Of a DNA stretch of 64,000 nucleotides, positions 53,077 to 62,948 are shown one piece after another. A program made the position numbers and the translations under genes. Source of the stretch: a bacterium (GTDB taxonomy: Bacteria > 4484-113 > JAFGCY01); NCBI GenBank assembly GCA_020440645.1, contig JAGRNR010000009.1, forward strand, positions 5,092 through 69,091, written 5' to 3'. The notes under the pieces are model-generated. The model worked only from the letters and a program-made list of their open reading frames with translations. It was not told the origin of the DNA and ran no database searches. Every line of letters starts with the position of its first letter. Position 1 is the first letter of the stretch.

Positions 53077-56000
53077 ATGCCTGTCCGGCTGGCTGGACAA
53101 GCAATGAAACGAAGCATCTTCACTCCTATGATCCTGTTTGTGCTGCTGATTGGCGCATGCGCCTCACAGCAGCAGCTCAGTGCTGAACCGGGTGCAGGCG
53201 GCACTACGGTGTTCGATAACGACGCAGGCAGCCCGGGCCTCGTGGATGACCCCGGCATGCTGGCCCTGCCCGGTGAGCCGGGCAACCTGGCCGGACTGCG
53301 CAATGTCGCGGACCCGGAGGCTGAGCTGGAACTGCCGCGGCGCACGGCGCGGGCCGGGCAGGACTTTGCCGCCAACCGCCTGGTGGTGGTCTGGGAGAAC
53401 CAGCCGGACCCGGCGGTGCAGCAGCAGTACATGGGCGGCGGCCCGCAGGCGGACCTCAGGCGGGCGACGGACAACCATCCGCTGGTGGACCACCCCTTCT
53501 ACCGCCGTGTCAGCCACAACTTCGCCCAGCACTACGGCCTCAGTGAGTTCGGCCGGGTGTTCTACAAGGATGTCAACTTCACTGCATATGAAGTGCCCGG
53601 CCTGACGGATGTCAGCCAGCTGGACGCGCTGATGCAGAAGCTGCTCAGCGAGAACCGGGGCCTCGTGCGCGAGGTGAACTACGACTTCTACGTGGACATC
53701 AGCCAGACGGTGGAAACTGAGCCGGTGCCGCTTGATCAGGAGCGCATCCAGCAGGTCATCCAGTCCTCTCCGGCTGCACCACAGCGCATGCGTGAGCAGA
53801 ACCGCAGCACGAGCGCTGCCCCGAATGACCCGATGCACCTGAACCTGAGCGGCAGCGACGGCGGCACCTGGGCAAACTGGCGCATCGGTGCGGTCGACGG
53901 CCAGGCCTGGGACAGCGGGGTGGGCAGCCATGACGTGGTGGTGGCGGTGGTGGACACCGGTGTGCGCTACACGCATGAGGACCTCGCTGACAACGCGATC
54001 GAGCCCGCCGCGGAATTCCCGTACAACGAACCGGGCATCCTGACGGACGTGATCAACAAGGACAACGACCCGTTTGACGACCACGGCCACGGCACCTACT
54101 GCTCCGGCATCGTCGGCGCCGTTGGCAACAACGGGCTCGGGCTGGCCGGTGCCAACCAGCAGGTCAGCATCCTGCCGGTCAAGGTGCTCAGCGGCGGCGG
54201 CAGCGGCAGCGAGACCCAGGTGGCGGAAGGCATGCTGCTGGCGGACTACCTCGGGGCGGACATCATCAGCATGTCGCTCGGCGGGGATTTCCCGGACCGC
54301 ATCATGCAGCTGGCCGCCAAGCAGTGCGACAGTGACGGAGTGCTGGTGGTGGTGGCCGCCGGCAACAACAACTGGGGCGGGCTGTTCTACCCGGCCTACT
54401 ACCCGGAATGCCTCGGGGTCGGTGCGACCACACTTGTCAACGACTCCAATGACCAGGACTTCAGCCAGGTGGACGGCGAGATCCCGACGGCTGACCGGTA
54501 CGACGCGCGCGCCAACTTCTCCAACTACGGCAGCTGGGTGGACATCGCTGCCCCCGGCGTGCAGGTGCGCTCGACATCAAACGGCTCGGACACTTCATAC
54601 GGCGCAAGTGGTGCCGGCACCAGCTTCGCCTGTCCCTACGTGGCCGGCTGCGCAGCGCTGCTGTGGGCGCATATGGGGCCGGACAAAAGCAACCATGAGG
54701 TGCGCGGCATGCTGCAGGGCAGTGCCACCGTGATGGACCACCTCAACAACGGTGCCAACCCGCGCGGCTTCATTGACAACGACACCAACGGCACGGTGCG
54801 CTTCGTGAACGTCTGGGAGGCGATCAAGCTGTACGATGCCGGGCCCTATGAAGCGCCGGCTGTCAGCTGGACCAGCCCGCTGGAGGGAGCGAGCGTCAGC
54901 GGCCTGACCGACCTGCAGCTGGAGATCACGGGCGGCAGCGGCAACATCCTAAAGGTGTCCTTTGAGACCCCGACGCGGCACCTCGGCACGGTGACCGAGG
55001 AGACTGGCGGCTTCTGGCAACTGAGCTGGGACAGCGCGTTTGAGTTCAACGGCGGGCAGACCATCACGGCGACGGTGACGGACGACGTCGGGCACATCAT
55101 CAGCCTGCCGCTGCATGTCAACTGTGACAATGCGCACATCGTGCCGGAGTGGCAGGAGGGCTTCGACGGCCTGGCGGATGACACGCTGCCGGCGGGCTGG
55201 TCCGTGCTGGATGGCAACGCCGGTACCAACAACACCATCTGGGGCGCTGACAACTCAGATGGTGGCGATGCCTCCCCTTCGATGCACTCCAGCGGCAGCA
55301 CGGGGAACTACGCCCCCAACAGCAATGACTGGCTGTATGCGCCGGTGATCGACCTGACAGGCGTTGCCAGCGCCTCGCTCGAGTTCAACTACCTGCACCG
55401 GATGGCCAATGACGGCGGTTTCCTGTTCATCACGGCGGATGACGAGACCTACGCCGGCGACGGATTCTTCGGCGGTGGCAACCCGGACTGGGACAGCTAC
55501 AGCTTTGACCTGACGCCGTTTTGCGGCGCGGAAGTGCGCATCTTCTGGGTGATCGACTGCAATGGCGGCAACCAGGCCGGCGGGATGTGGATTGACGACG
55601 TGCACATCACCGTGCCGGAGGGCACGCCGCCGACCGTCAGCATAGACAGCCCGCTGGCCAATGCCAGCGTGGACGGCATCGTGGACGTGCAGCTGACCCT
55701 GAGCGATGATACGGTGGCGGTCGAACTGATCGGCCTGCCGGTCAGTGCCCCGCCGCTGCTGTTTGACAGCATCCCGGACAACGACCCCGAGAACCCGACG
55801 AAGACATTCACGGCCACATGGGACAGCCGCCAGACCGGCACCGGAAATGTGCTGCTGCGCGCGCGGGCCTATGATGATGAAAGTGACAACGGCGGGCTGG
55901 ATGACCTGGCGGCCGAGGACAGCGTGGTGCTGGACGTGACAAACCCCGTGGCCGGCCCCGGCTGGCTGGAGGACTTCGAGGATGTGGTGGACCTCGGCGG

Positions 56001-56775
56001 GACTGACAACGGCCAGCCGGATGGTGCGTGGTTCCGTATCGGCGCTGACCCGGTGCGCTGGCGTACGGGCCTGCAGGCCCCCTGGCGCGGCCTGGGCCAC
56101 GCCTACTTCGGCCCTGATGGCGGCGGAGACTATGGCAACGATGAACTGGGCTGGCTGTACAGTCCGCTGATTGATCTGGCTGCTGCGGCCCGCCCGCGGA
56201 TCCGCCTGCAGCACAGCCTCGACGTGGACGCTGCCAATGCCGACCGTGCAGTGGTCTACATGGTGCGTTATAACGGCAGTGAGGTGCTGGAAGCCAACCT
56301 GTTTGAACAGCGCAATGACACTGCTGGTTACCAGCCGCTGCTGTTCAACCTTGACGGGATGTCCCAGCAGCCCTTCCGCCTGCTGTTCCTGTTCGACTCC
56401 GATGGCAACAGCCAGGCCGGCAGCGGCTGGAGCCTGGATGACATAGAGGTAATGGATGCTGATCCCTTCCTGCTAGGCCTGACTCAGCCGCGCGGCTATC
56501 CCGGCCAGACGGTGGTGCTCAATGGCAGCAACTTTGGGGTGCTGCAGGAGGACAGCTTCGTCAGCTTCCGCAGTGAGGGTGGCGGCAGCACGCTTGCAAC
56601 AGTCAGCTCATGGAGCAATACGGAAATCAGCGTGGTCGTGCCGCCGGATGCTGATAGTGGCGATGTGTTCGTGACCGTGCTGGGCTTTGAAAGCAATGCG
56701 CGCCACTTCAGCCGGCTGCTGGACCCGACTGAGCTGACCGGCATCGGACAGTTCAGCCTGTCTGACGGCATCTGA
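53077..56775 (+). CDS. Subtilisin-like serine protease (peptidase S8) with a very long C-terminal extension (1232 aa), lipoprotein/secreted
   Basis: Probable start is the internal MKRSIFTPMILFVLLIGACASQ (near 53104). Catalytic triad contexts VVAVVDTGVRYTHEDL (Asp), DDHGHGTYCSGIVGA (His) and GTSFACPYVAGCAALL (Ser). About 800 aa of beta-rich C-terminal domains, ending in an IPT/TIG-like segment. Confidence 0.85.
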   Translation: MPVRLAGQAMKRSIFTPMILFVLLIGACASQQQLSAEPGAGGTTVFDNDAGSPGLVDDPGMLALPGEPGNLAGLRNVADPEAELELPRRTARAGQDFAANRLVVVWENQPDPAVQQQYMGGGPQADLRRATDNHPLVDHPFYRRVSHNFAQHYGLSEFGRVFYKDVNFTAYEVPGLTDVSQLDALMQKLLSENRGLVREVNYDFYVDISQTVETEPVPLDQERIQQVIQSSPAAPQRMREQNRSTSAAPNDPMHLNLSGSDGGTWANWRIGAVDGQAWDSGVGSHDVVVAVVDTGVRYTHEDLADNAIEPAAEFPYNEPGILTDVINKDNDPFDDHGHGTYCSGIVGAVGNNGLGLAGANQQVSILPVKVLSGGGSGSETQVAEGMLLADYLGADIISMSLGGDFPDRIMQLAAKQCDSDGVLVVVAAGNNNWGGLFYPAYYPECLGVGATTLVNDSNDQDFSQVDGEIPTADRYDARANFSNYGSWVDIAAPGVQVRSTSNGSDTSYGASGAGTSFACPYVAGCAALLWAHMGPDKSNHEVRGMLQGSATVMDHLNNGANPRGFIDNDTNGTVRFVNVWEAIKLYDAGPYEAPAVSWTSPLEGASVSGLTDLQLEITGGSGNILKVSFETPTRHLGTVTEETGGFWQLSWDSAFEFNGGQTITATVTDDVGHIISLPLHVNCDNAHIVPEWQEGFDGLADDTLPAGWSVLDGNAGTNNTIWGADNSDGGDASPSMHSSGSTGNYAPNSNDWLYAPVIDLTGVASASLEFNYLHRMANDGGFLFITADDETYAGDGFFGGGNPDWDSYSFDLTPFCGAEVRIFWVIDCNGGNQAGGMWIDDVHITVPEGTPPTVSIDSPLANASVDGIVDVQLTLSDDTVAVELIGLPVSAPPLLFDSIPDNDPENPTKTFTATWDSRQTGTGNVLLRARAYDDESDNGGLDDLAAEDSVVLDVTNPVAGPGWLEDFEDVVDLGGTDNGQPDGAWFRIGADPVRWRTGLQAPWRGLGHAYFGPDGGGDYGNDELGWLYSPLIDLAAAARPRIRLQHSLDVDAANADRAVVYMVRYNGSEVLEANLFEQRNDTAGYQPLLFNLDGMSQQPFRLLFLFDSDGNSQAGSGWSLDDIEVMDADPFLLGLTQPRGYPGQTVVLNGSNFGVLQEDSFVSFRSEGGGSTLATVSSWSNTEISVVVPPDADSGDVFVTVLGFESNARHFSRLLDPTELTGIGQFSLSDGI

Positions 56776-57900
56776 TCACAGGCTGTCCGGGCCGAATGGG
56801 ACTACAGCATCGCCGTCAATCCAGTGCAGGCCATGCTCGCCGGTGCCCACCCAGGTCCGGCCCGCCTTGTCACGCTGGACCGTCATGGTGAATGCGCCAT
56901 TGCAGATCGGATACTTGTGCACCTTGCCGGCGGCGTACTGCCAGACTCCATCAGTGCCGCAGGCCAGCCACATCGTTCCGTCCGGATCCTGTGTGACTGA
57001 GGCAAAGTAACTGAAGTTGTCAGCATTGTCAGTGCCTGCATCCGGCAGGCCCGGCAGCTTGCTGTAGGCAAGCTGGCTGAATCCAGCTTCCAGCCTGGCT
57101 TCAGCGGAGAACTCAAAGCGCTGCCGCGTGTTACAGATCCAGAAGGCGCCATCCCGGTCCTCGAAGATGGAGCGCAGGCCGAAGTTTCCGCCAGCCGGGG
57201 TGTTCACCAGTTCGTCCTCGTACAGCCAGCTGAACTCCCGGCCATCCCAGCGGCAGGCTCCAAGCGAAGCCGTCCCGAACCAGACATTGCCAGCTCGGTC
57301 CCTGTAAATGGTGTAGACACCGGCCGGGTCATAGCCGAGGTTCGGGTTGCGCCTGCGGTAATCCTCCAGTCCGGGAGCCGGCGGCAGATGCAGGCTTATC
57401 AAGCTGTCGCCATCAAACAGGCAGGGATTGTTCCTCGCAGGGTCCAGGATCAGCCAGACCTGCTTGGGCCCTGGTTTGAGGGTGCCCCAGTCCTGGCCGT
57501 AGTCAACAGGTTCAAGCAGCGAGAAGTTCTGTCCATCGAAGCGTGAAAGGCCCCTAGTGGTGGTGATCAGCAGGCCGCCGGAGCCGTCGCCAGTGATGCC
57601 CCGCACATTGTTGCCAGCCAGGCCGTCGGCTTCCGTGTAGTTCGTGATTTCCTGCCCGGCGATCCGGAACAGGCCGCTTTCCGTGCAGCCCAGCCAGTAA
57701 ACGCCATCCGGGTCCTGGTGGATGCACCAGGCGCCCGATCCCACTTCATTGACAATCCGGCCCGGCTGGGAAACGCCTTCGCTGGCAACAGCCGGACTGG
57801 CCAGCGGGCGCTGAGCCCGGGCCAGCAGGTAAACGGATAAGACCAGCAGCAGTGGCAGGACGAGGCCAGCAATGCGCCAGGCTTGGGGTTTATTGGACAT
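56776..57900 (-). CDS. Membrane-anchored beta-propeller protein with two-component-regulator-propeller-like (Y_Y_Y/Reg_prop) repeats and no kinase domain
   Basis: ORF 56776..58209. Likely start MSNKPQAWRIAGLVLPLLLVLSVYLL (or MPIQT, 16 codons upstream). Repeats such as DGVYWLGCTESGLFRI, GNVWFGTASLGACRWDG, DGAFWICNTRQRFEF, DGTMWLACGTDGVWQY and GRTWVGTGEHGLHWIDG. Convergent and abutting the S8 gene. Confidence 0.55.
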   Translation of the reverse strand: MSNKPQAWRIAGLVLPLLLVLSVYLLARAQRPLASPAVASEGVSQPGRIVNEVGSGAWCIHQDPDGVYWLGCTESGLFRIAGQEITNYTEADGLAGNNVRGITGDGSGGLLITTTRGLSRFDGQNFSLLEPVDYGQDWGTLKPGPKQVWLILDPARNNPCLFDGDSLISLHLPPAPGLEDYRRRNPNLGYDPAGVYTIYRDRAGNVWFGTASLGACRWDGREFSWLYEDELVNTPAGGNFGLRSIFEDRDGAFWICNTRQRFEFSAEARLEAGFSQLAYSKLPGLPDAGTDNADNFSYFASVTQDPDGTMWLACGTDGVWQYAAGKVHKYPICNGAFTMTVQRDKAGRTWVGTGEHGLHWIDGDAVVPFGPDSL

Positions 57901-57977
57901 CACAGCGGATTGTATGCGCTGCTGGGTGATCAAGGTCTGGATTGGCATCCCAGTCTGGGCTGAAGTAGAATCTATGC

Positions 57978-60308
57978 ATGGGACAGAAACTTCTGAGCTG
58001 GCTTGCGCGGTGCAGCGCGCTAGCCCTTCTGCTCGCTGGCTGCAGCAATGACAGCGGCAATGCATGGAAACAGAGCGCACAGAATACTGCGAATGCCAGG
58101 CCACCCGTGGCGGGAGAGATCCGTTACCAGCCGCGCAGCATGGTTGAGATCGCCAGTCTGCTGGATGAGCTGCCTGTCCAGGACATGACTGAGGAGCAGC
58201 AGGATGCACTGGCCTTCATCCGCGCCACCGATGCAGATGACGTTGATGGGATCAGGCAGCTGCTTGCGGATGGCCGGGATGCCGCCGCGCAGGTTGGCGA
58301 TGTGACGGCGCTGCACTTCGCCGTACGCAATGGCAATAGCCGGATCATCAAACTGCTGCTGGATGCGGATGACAACCGCGACTACGGACTGCCCGGCGGT
58401 GACGAGCTGACGATGGAACTGGCCTGCCGGGGCATGGATGACAAGGTGCTGGCGGTACTTGTCGAGAATGGCCTGCAGATCAGTTATACGAATTCAGATG
58501 ACTGGAGAATCCAGGACCTGGATTATTCGTCCAACCCGCAGATGCTGGATTATCTGCTTGCAGACAGGCCTGAGGACTACGTCTTTGCCGAGATGATCAG
58601 GAAGGCCTGCTTCAGCTCCAACCCTGATTATCTGCGTCACATGCTGGTCCGCTTTGGCGACATCCGGAAGGAGCCGTTCATGTTTGACGATGCATTGCAC
58701 AACACAGAAATGATGCAGGTGATGATTGACAAGGGCCTTACGATTGAACTTCGGGAATCCAGCATGAAGTATGAGGACGATAAGAATCCACGAAACGTAG
58801 TGGGTAGCTTAGCGCTCAGTGAAGCATTGACGTCAATCATTTCTCCAGGGAAGTACCCCCGCGCCATCCCGGAGATTCCTGCACGCTCCTCAAGTGTTGC
58901 TGAGATACTGCAATTCCTGCATGCTAACGGTGCTCAGTTCGATGCAGCCGGTGAGAAGCATCAGCCCTGGGTCAACCAGATTCTAATGACACCAGACTTG
59001 GAAATCATGCTGTCAATGAAAGACCTTGGCTACGACATCATCGCCTGGGCGAAGCAGGATGACGGCTTTAGTGAATCTCTGGCCTACTTCTGCGGTGCCG
59101 TTGAATATGGGGAGCGGCATCCGGAACTGAGTGCTGCGGAAGTACTTGACCAGCTGCAGTCCCTGGGCATCGACATCAGGCAGGAAAGCATCGCCCTACA
59201 TCTGATGTTGACTTCCATGGAAGCCGGCAATGAGGAAATCATGGCTGAGCTGTTGAGCCGCGGTGTGCCTGTCAGTCTGGCCATGGCTGCTGCGATGGGC
59301 GACGTGGATTCTGTTGGCAAACTGTATGCAGCGGCCGGGGATACCGAGAGAACGAATGCGGCTGGCTACGCTGCCCGGTTTGGGCATTCTGATGTGTTCG
59401 AGCTGCTTGTCAGCCTAGGCGCGGAGATTGAATTGGCTGACATGCTGAGGATGGACAGGGCGGACCTGCTGGAGTCCGAGCTGGAATCCGGCCGGGATCC
59501 TGACGACCTGCTGGATGAGAGTCTGGCCGGGATCCCTCCACTGATGATGATCACGGATGAACCAGTATATGCAACAGCATTGCAGCAAGCCTGCGCCTCA
59601 AATGATGCATCTGTTGTCAGACTGTTGATTGAACATGGTGCCGCAGTGCAGCGGGACACTGAAAGCGGCACACTGCTGCCATTGCTTATGCGGATATGCA
59701 TGAAAGAGGATTCCGCTGCCGCGCTGGAAGTTCTACTTGATGATGGCATTCTCTCTTCGGCGGAAAGTTACGGCAAGGCCATCGACCATGCCTTCCTGTC
59801 CGGCAGTTTCGCCTGTGCAGCGCTGCTGATGGATCTTGCCCCGGCGGACTGGCAGGACTGGTCATTGTCCGATCCCGCTCGCAGCTATGCTGACAACTTC
59901 CCGGTAGCGGATGCAGGGCAGATCGATATACTCAAGGGCCTTGCAGCGGATGGCGGGCAGATGGACACGGTCAACCTCGGATTGCTGACGGAACTCAGCC
60001 AGTTAGCTGCCAACCATGATGCGTACAATGTCTATGGAGAGGCCCAGCCTGTCGCCAACATTCAGAATGTGCGCCTGTGGCTGGAAGCAGGGGCGGATCC
60101 TAATGCAAATGATGGCCCATCCAGCCCGCTGAATGACAGCAGCAATGGCGTAATGGAGCTTGCCGTGCGCAGTGGCAATGCGGAGCTGCTAAGCCTGCTT
60201 GTCGAATATGGCGGCTCTATGCCTCCCGCCAGCGAACTGGCGCCTTTGCTGCTGAAGGATTACCTACTCGGTGAGATCAGGCTGAGCTACGGTTCCCTGC
60301 AGTACTGA
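57978..60308 (+). CDS. Large ankyrin-repeat lipoprotein (776 aa)
   Basis: Lipobox ALALLLAGCSNDSG. Ankyrin-like repeats (TALHFAVRNGNSRIIKLLLDA, AAGYAARFGHSDVFELLVSLGAEI, ALQQACASNDASVVRLLIEHGAAV, MELAVRSGNAELLSLLVEYGG). TAGAAT immediately upstream of the start. Confidence 0.7.
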   Translation: MGQKLLSWLARCSALALLLAGCSNDSGNAWKQSAQNTANARPPVAGEIRYQPRSMVEIASLLDELPVQDMTEEQQDALAFIRATDADDVDGIRQLLADGRDAAAQVGDVTALHFAVRNGNSRIIKLLLDADDNRDYGLPGGDELTMELACRGMDDKVLAVLVENGLQISYTNSDDWRIQDLDYSSNPQMLDYLLADRPEDYVFAEMIRKACFSSNPDYLRHMLVRFGDIRKEPFMFDDALHNTEMMQVMIDKGLTIELRESSMKYEDDKNPRNVVGSLALSEALTSIISPGKYPRAIPEIPARSSSVAEILQFLHANGAQFDAAGEKHQPWVNQILMTPDLEIMLSMKDLGYDIIAWAKQDDGFSESLAYFCGAVEYGERHPELSAAEVLDQLQSLGIDIRQESIALHLMLTSMEAGNEEIMAELLSRGVPVSLAMAAAMGDVDSVGKLYAAAGDTERTNAAGYAARFGHSDVFELLVSLGAEIELADMLRMDRADLLESELESGRDPDDLLDESLAGIPPLMMITDEPVYATALQQACASNDASVVRLLIEHGAAVQRDTESGTLLPLLMRICMKEDSAAALEVLLDDGILSSAESYGKAIDHAFLSGSFACAALLMDLAPADWQDWSLSDPARSYADNFPVADAGQIDILKGLAADGGQMDTVNLGLLTELSQLAANHDAYNVYGEAQPVANIQNVRLWLEAGADPNANDGPSSPLNDSSNGVMELAVRSGNAELLSLLVEYGGSMPPASELAPLLLKDYLLGEIRLSYGSLQY

Positions 60309-60317
60309 GCCTTTCGC

Positions 60318-60530
60318 CTAGTCTTCCTTCGCCGCTTCCAGCTTGCGCAGGCGGATGTCCATTTCCGCGATCTGCTCGCGCATCTGCAGCAGCAGGTCGG
60401 CGGCGTTCGAGATGCCCTCGCCGAGTTTCTGGCAGTAGTCCTTGATGCGTTCGATGTCGGCGCGCTGGCCCTCGAGGCTGTCCTCGCCGAGCTCGACGCC
60501 GTCCGGGTCCTTGTGGTCCTGTTCGCTCAT
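60318..60530 (-). CDS. Small hypothetical coiled-coil protein (70 aa)
   Basis: Acidic, protein-like composition (MSEQDHKDPDGVELGEDSLEGQRADIERIKDYCQKLGEG ...). In-frame ATG. No motif. Confidence 0.4.
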   Translation of the reverse strand: MSEQDHKDPDGVELGEDSLEGQRADIERIKDYCQKLGEGISNAADLLLQMREQIAEMDIRLRKLEAAKED

Positions 60531-60603
60531 ATGTGCTCCAGTGGCCGCCCGCCGCAGCGCGCACGACGGGCGGAGGGATAGGTTAGCAGACGCCCCGCCG
60601 GAC

Positions 60604-62457
60604 CTAGCCGCGGCCCTTCAGCTCAGCGCTGAGCGTGAGCTCTGCCCCGTCGCGCACCACCACGAGCTCCACCACATCGCCGGGCTTGTGCTCCTCCAGC
60701 GCGTAGGTGAAGTCGTAGATGTTGCGGATCACGGCGTCGCCAAGCTTCACCAGCCGGTCACCGGCCTGCAGGCCGGCCTCGCTTGCCGGGCTGTTCTGGC
60801 GAACTCCGGCCAGCAGCACACCGTCGCCACCGAGGTAGCTGTAATCCGGGATCGTGCCGAGGCTGACCTTGTAGCCGCGCCCGGTGTCCACCTCGCCGGA
60901 GCCCTGGCGGTTGATCTGCGGTGAGAGGTCCTCGGTGAAGGTCAGCTTGCCGTCCAGCGCGTTGAGTTCGTCAATCACGCCGCTGACAATCCCGACCACC
61001 TGCAGCGCCCCCTCGTAGTTCAGCAGGTCAGCGGTGTCCGCCGGGGTGTGGTACTGCTCGTGCAGGCCGGAGAAGAAATTCAGCACCGGCAGCTGCTTGG
61101 TGTAGAAGGCGGTGTAGTCACTGCCGCCCACGCCGTCGTCAAAGCGCTTGACTTCAAGCCCGCTGGCAGCGGAGGCACTGTCGAGGATGCCGGCCCATTC
61201 CTCCGCACTGCCCAGCCCCTGCACGGTGATCACCTGGTCCTTCACGCGGCCGATCATGTCCATGTTGAGCATCGCCACGCAGTTGTCGAGCGGCACCGTG
61301 GCATTGCGCACGTAGTGCAGCGAGCCGAGGATGCCGAGCTCCTCACCACTGAAGCAGATGAACAGGATGCTGCGGCGGCTGCCATGCTCGGAGAAGTGCC
61401 GCGCCAGTTCGAGCACGCCGGCGGTGCCGCTGGCGTTGTCATCCGCGCCGTGGTGGATCCGGTCATGCCAGTCCAGCGCGTTGAGTTCCTCAGGTGTGAG
61501 AGAGGTACGGGCCTCGCCATGGCCGAGGTGGTCATAATGCGCGCCGACCACGATGTACTCATCGGGCAGCTCGCTGCCGCGCAACAGGCCGACCACGTTG
61601 TCAGTCTTGCTGAAGGTGCGCTCGAGGTCAGTGTTGAGTTCCACCGTCAGGTAGCTCATGTCCAGGGTCTGCGGCATTAGCTCCGTATCCATTGTGTCCT
61701 GCATCTTCCCCAGGTCACCTTCCCAGAATGTCATCAGCTCCTGCAGGCGCCCGGCCTTGAGCTGCACCACCGGGATCGGCGCCTCGCCGTACACATCGCC
61801 GCTGCCAAGTTCCATCAGCGGGTCGCCCGGCTCCGCCAACCTATCATTCGGGCCGCTGACGACCACCAGCGCCGCGACCCCGTGGCGGTAGGCATTCTGC
61901 GCCTTGTAGCGCAGGTCGCCGTAATGTGACATCCGCCTGCCGGCAAACATCGCCTCGTCATCGGTCTGTGGCTCATGGCGCAGCACGGCGACGATCTTGC
62001 CCTTCACATCGAGGCCTTCGTAGTCGTCATAGCCGAAGTCCTCGGCGGTGATGCCGTAGCCTACGAAGATGATGCCGCTCGCGACCTGGCCGTCCGGGCA
62101 GAAGTGCAGCGGGGTCCAGTCCTTGCCGAGCTCCCATGCGGTGTTCTGGCCATGCGCGCCCCACTGGGCGGAGTTGCCATCCCCGAGCACCACGCCGCTG
62201 GTGAAGTCGAAGGGCTGCATGAAGCTGCCGTCAACACCGGCCGGTTCCAGCCCGCAGTCGATGAAGATGTCGGCGATGTAATGCGCCGCCTTTTCACCCC
62301 CGGGCGTGCCGCTCATGCGCCCTTCCAGCTCGTCGCTGGAGAGGTATTCGACTGCCTCGCGGTAGCGCAGCTCGTCGAAGGCGGCGGATGCACGGATGCT
62401 CGCCGCAAGCAGCAGCATCGTACACAGCAGGGTCAGCGCATTGAATGAAACTCGCAT
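60604..62457 (-). CDS. M28-family zinc aminopeptidase with PA domain and C-terminal PDZ domain, secreted
   Basis: ORF 60604..62484. Likely start MRVSFNALTLLCTMLLLAASIRASAA. M28 metal-ligand contexts GAHYDHLGHG, HHGADDNASGTAGVLELARHF and FSGEELGILGSLHYV. C-terminal PDZ-like GVLLAGVRQNSPASEAGLQAGDRLVKLGD. Confidence 0.8.
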   Translation of the reverse strand: MRVSFNALTLLCTMLLLAASIRASAAFDELRYREAVEYLSSDELEGRMSGTPGGEKAAHYIADIFIDCGLEPAGVDGSFMQPFDFTSGVVLGDGNSAQWGAHGQNTAWELGKDWTPLHFCPDGQVASGIIFVGYGITAEDFGYDDYEGLDVKGKIVAVLRHEPQTDDEAMFAGRRMSHYGDLRYKAQNAYRHGVAALVVVSGPNDRLAEPGDPLMELGSGDVYGEAPIPVVQLKAGRLQELMTFWEGDLGKMQDTMDTELMPQTLDMSYLTVELNTDLERTFSKTDNVVGLLRGSELPDEYIVVGAHYDHLGHGEARTSLTPEELNALDWHDRIHHGADDNASGTAGVLELARHFSEHGSRRSILFICFSGEELGILGSLHYVRNATVPLDNCVAMLNMDMIGRVKDQVITVQGLGSAEEWAGILDSASAASGLEVKRFDDGVGGSDYTAFYTKQLPVLNFFSGLHEQYHTPADTADLLNYEGALQVVGIVSGVIDELNALDGKLTFTEDLSPQINRQGSGEVDTGRGYKVSLGTIPDYSYLGGDGVLLAGVRQNSPASEAGLQAGDRLVKLGDAVIRNIYDFTYALEEHKPGDVVELVVVRDGAELTLSAELKGRG

Positions 62458-62564
62458 AGCCATACCTCGGACCAGTTGGTCCACGGCTGCGATTATACAA
62501 TGCGCGCAAAGGCGGAAGGCCGATTCTGACTGAATGAATCGCTTATTCGTGAATCAATGGACGA

Positions 62565-62861
62565 TCACGCGACGGCTTCGCGGCCATCCGGCTGGAAGGC
62601 CCGCACCCCGGCCACACGCTCCAGGATGTTGCGGCAGAAGCATTCCACGAGCCAGTCCTCGCCCAGCTCGACATCCGCCTGCGACACCGTGAGCTGCGTG
62701 GATACGCGCGTCCAGCCGAGGTCTATCATCCAGCCGATGCGAAACTCCCCGCGCCGGCCATTGAAGGCCGCCCCGAGGCATTCGATGCGCTGGACCTCGA
62801 CGATTTCCTCAGTCATTACGGCACTTGTCTTTTGTGCCAGTTCCTCGAAAATTCCCAGCAT
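62565..62861 (-). CDS. Hypothetical small protein (98 aa)
   Basis: Better composition than the overlapping Ser/Arg-rich plus-strand ORF. No motif recognised. Weakly supported. Confidence 0.35.
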   Translation of the reverse strand: MLGIFEELAQKTSAVMTEEIVEVQRIECLGAAFNGRRGEFRIGWMIDLGWTRVSTQLTVSQADVELGEDWLVECFCRNILERVAGVRAFQPDGREAVA

Positions 62862-62948
62862 GCCAGCAGACTAGCACTGCCGGAGCTGACCGTTAATACT
62901 GTTCACCGGGGATTGGCCGGGATTTGGCAATAGTTCAACCCGGCGCGC

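Noticed and set aside
53164-56214. Minus-strand ORFs of 308 and 319 aa
   Set aside because: Antisense to the S8 protease gene, whose catalytic triad motifs are unambiguous.
1628-57992. Both ankyrin-protein ORFs begin with MGQKL in the ORF track
   Set aside because: A five-residue coincidence. The nucleotide sequences differ. For the first gene the more plausible start is the downstream signal-peptide Met.
62557-62874. 105-aa plus-strand ORF
   Set aside because: Ser/Arg/Thr-rich low-complexity translation. The overlapping minus-strand ORF is more protein-like but is itself only weakly supported.
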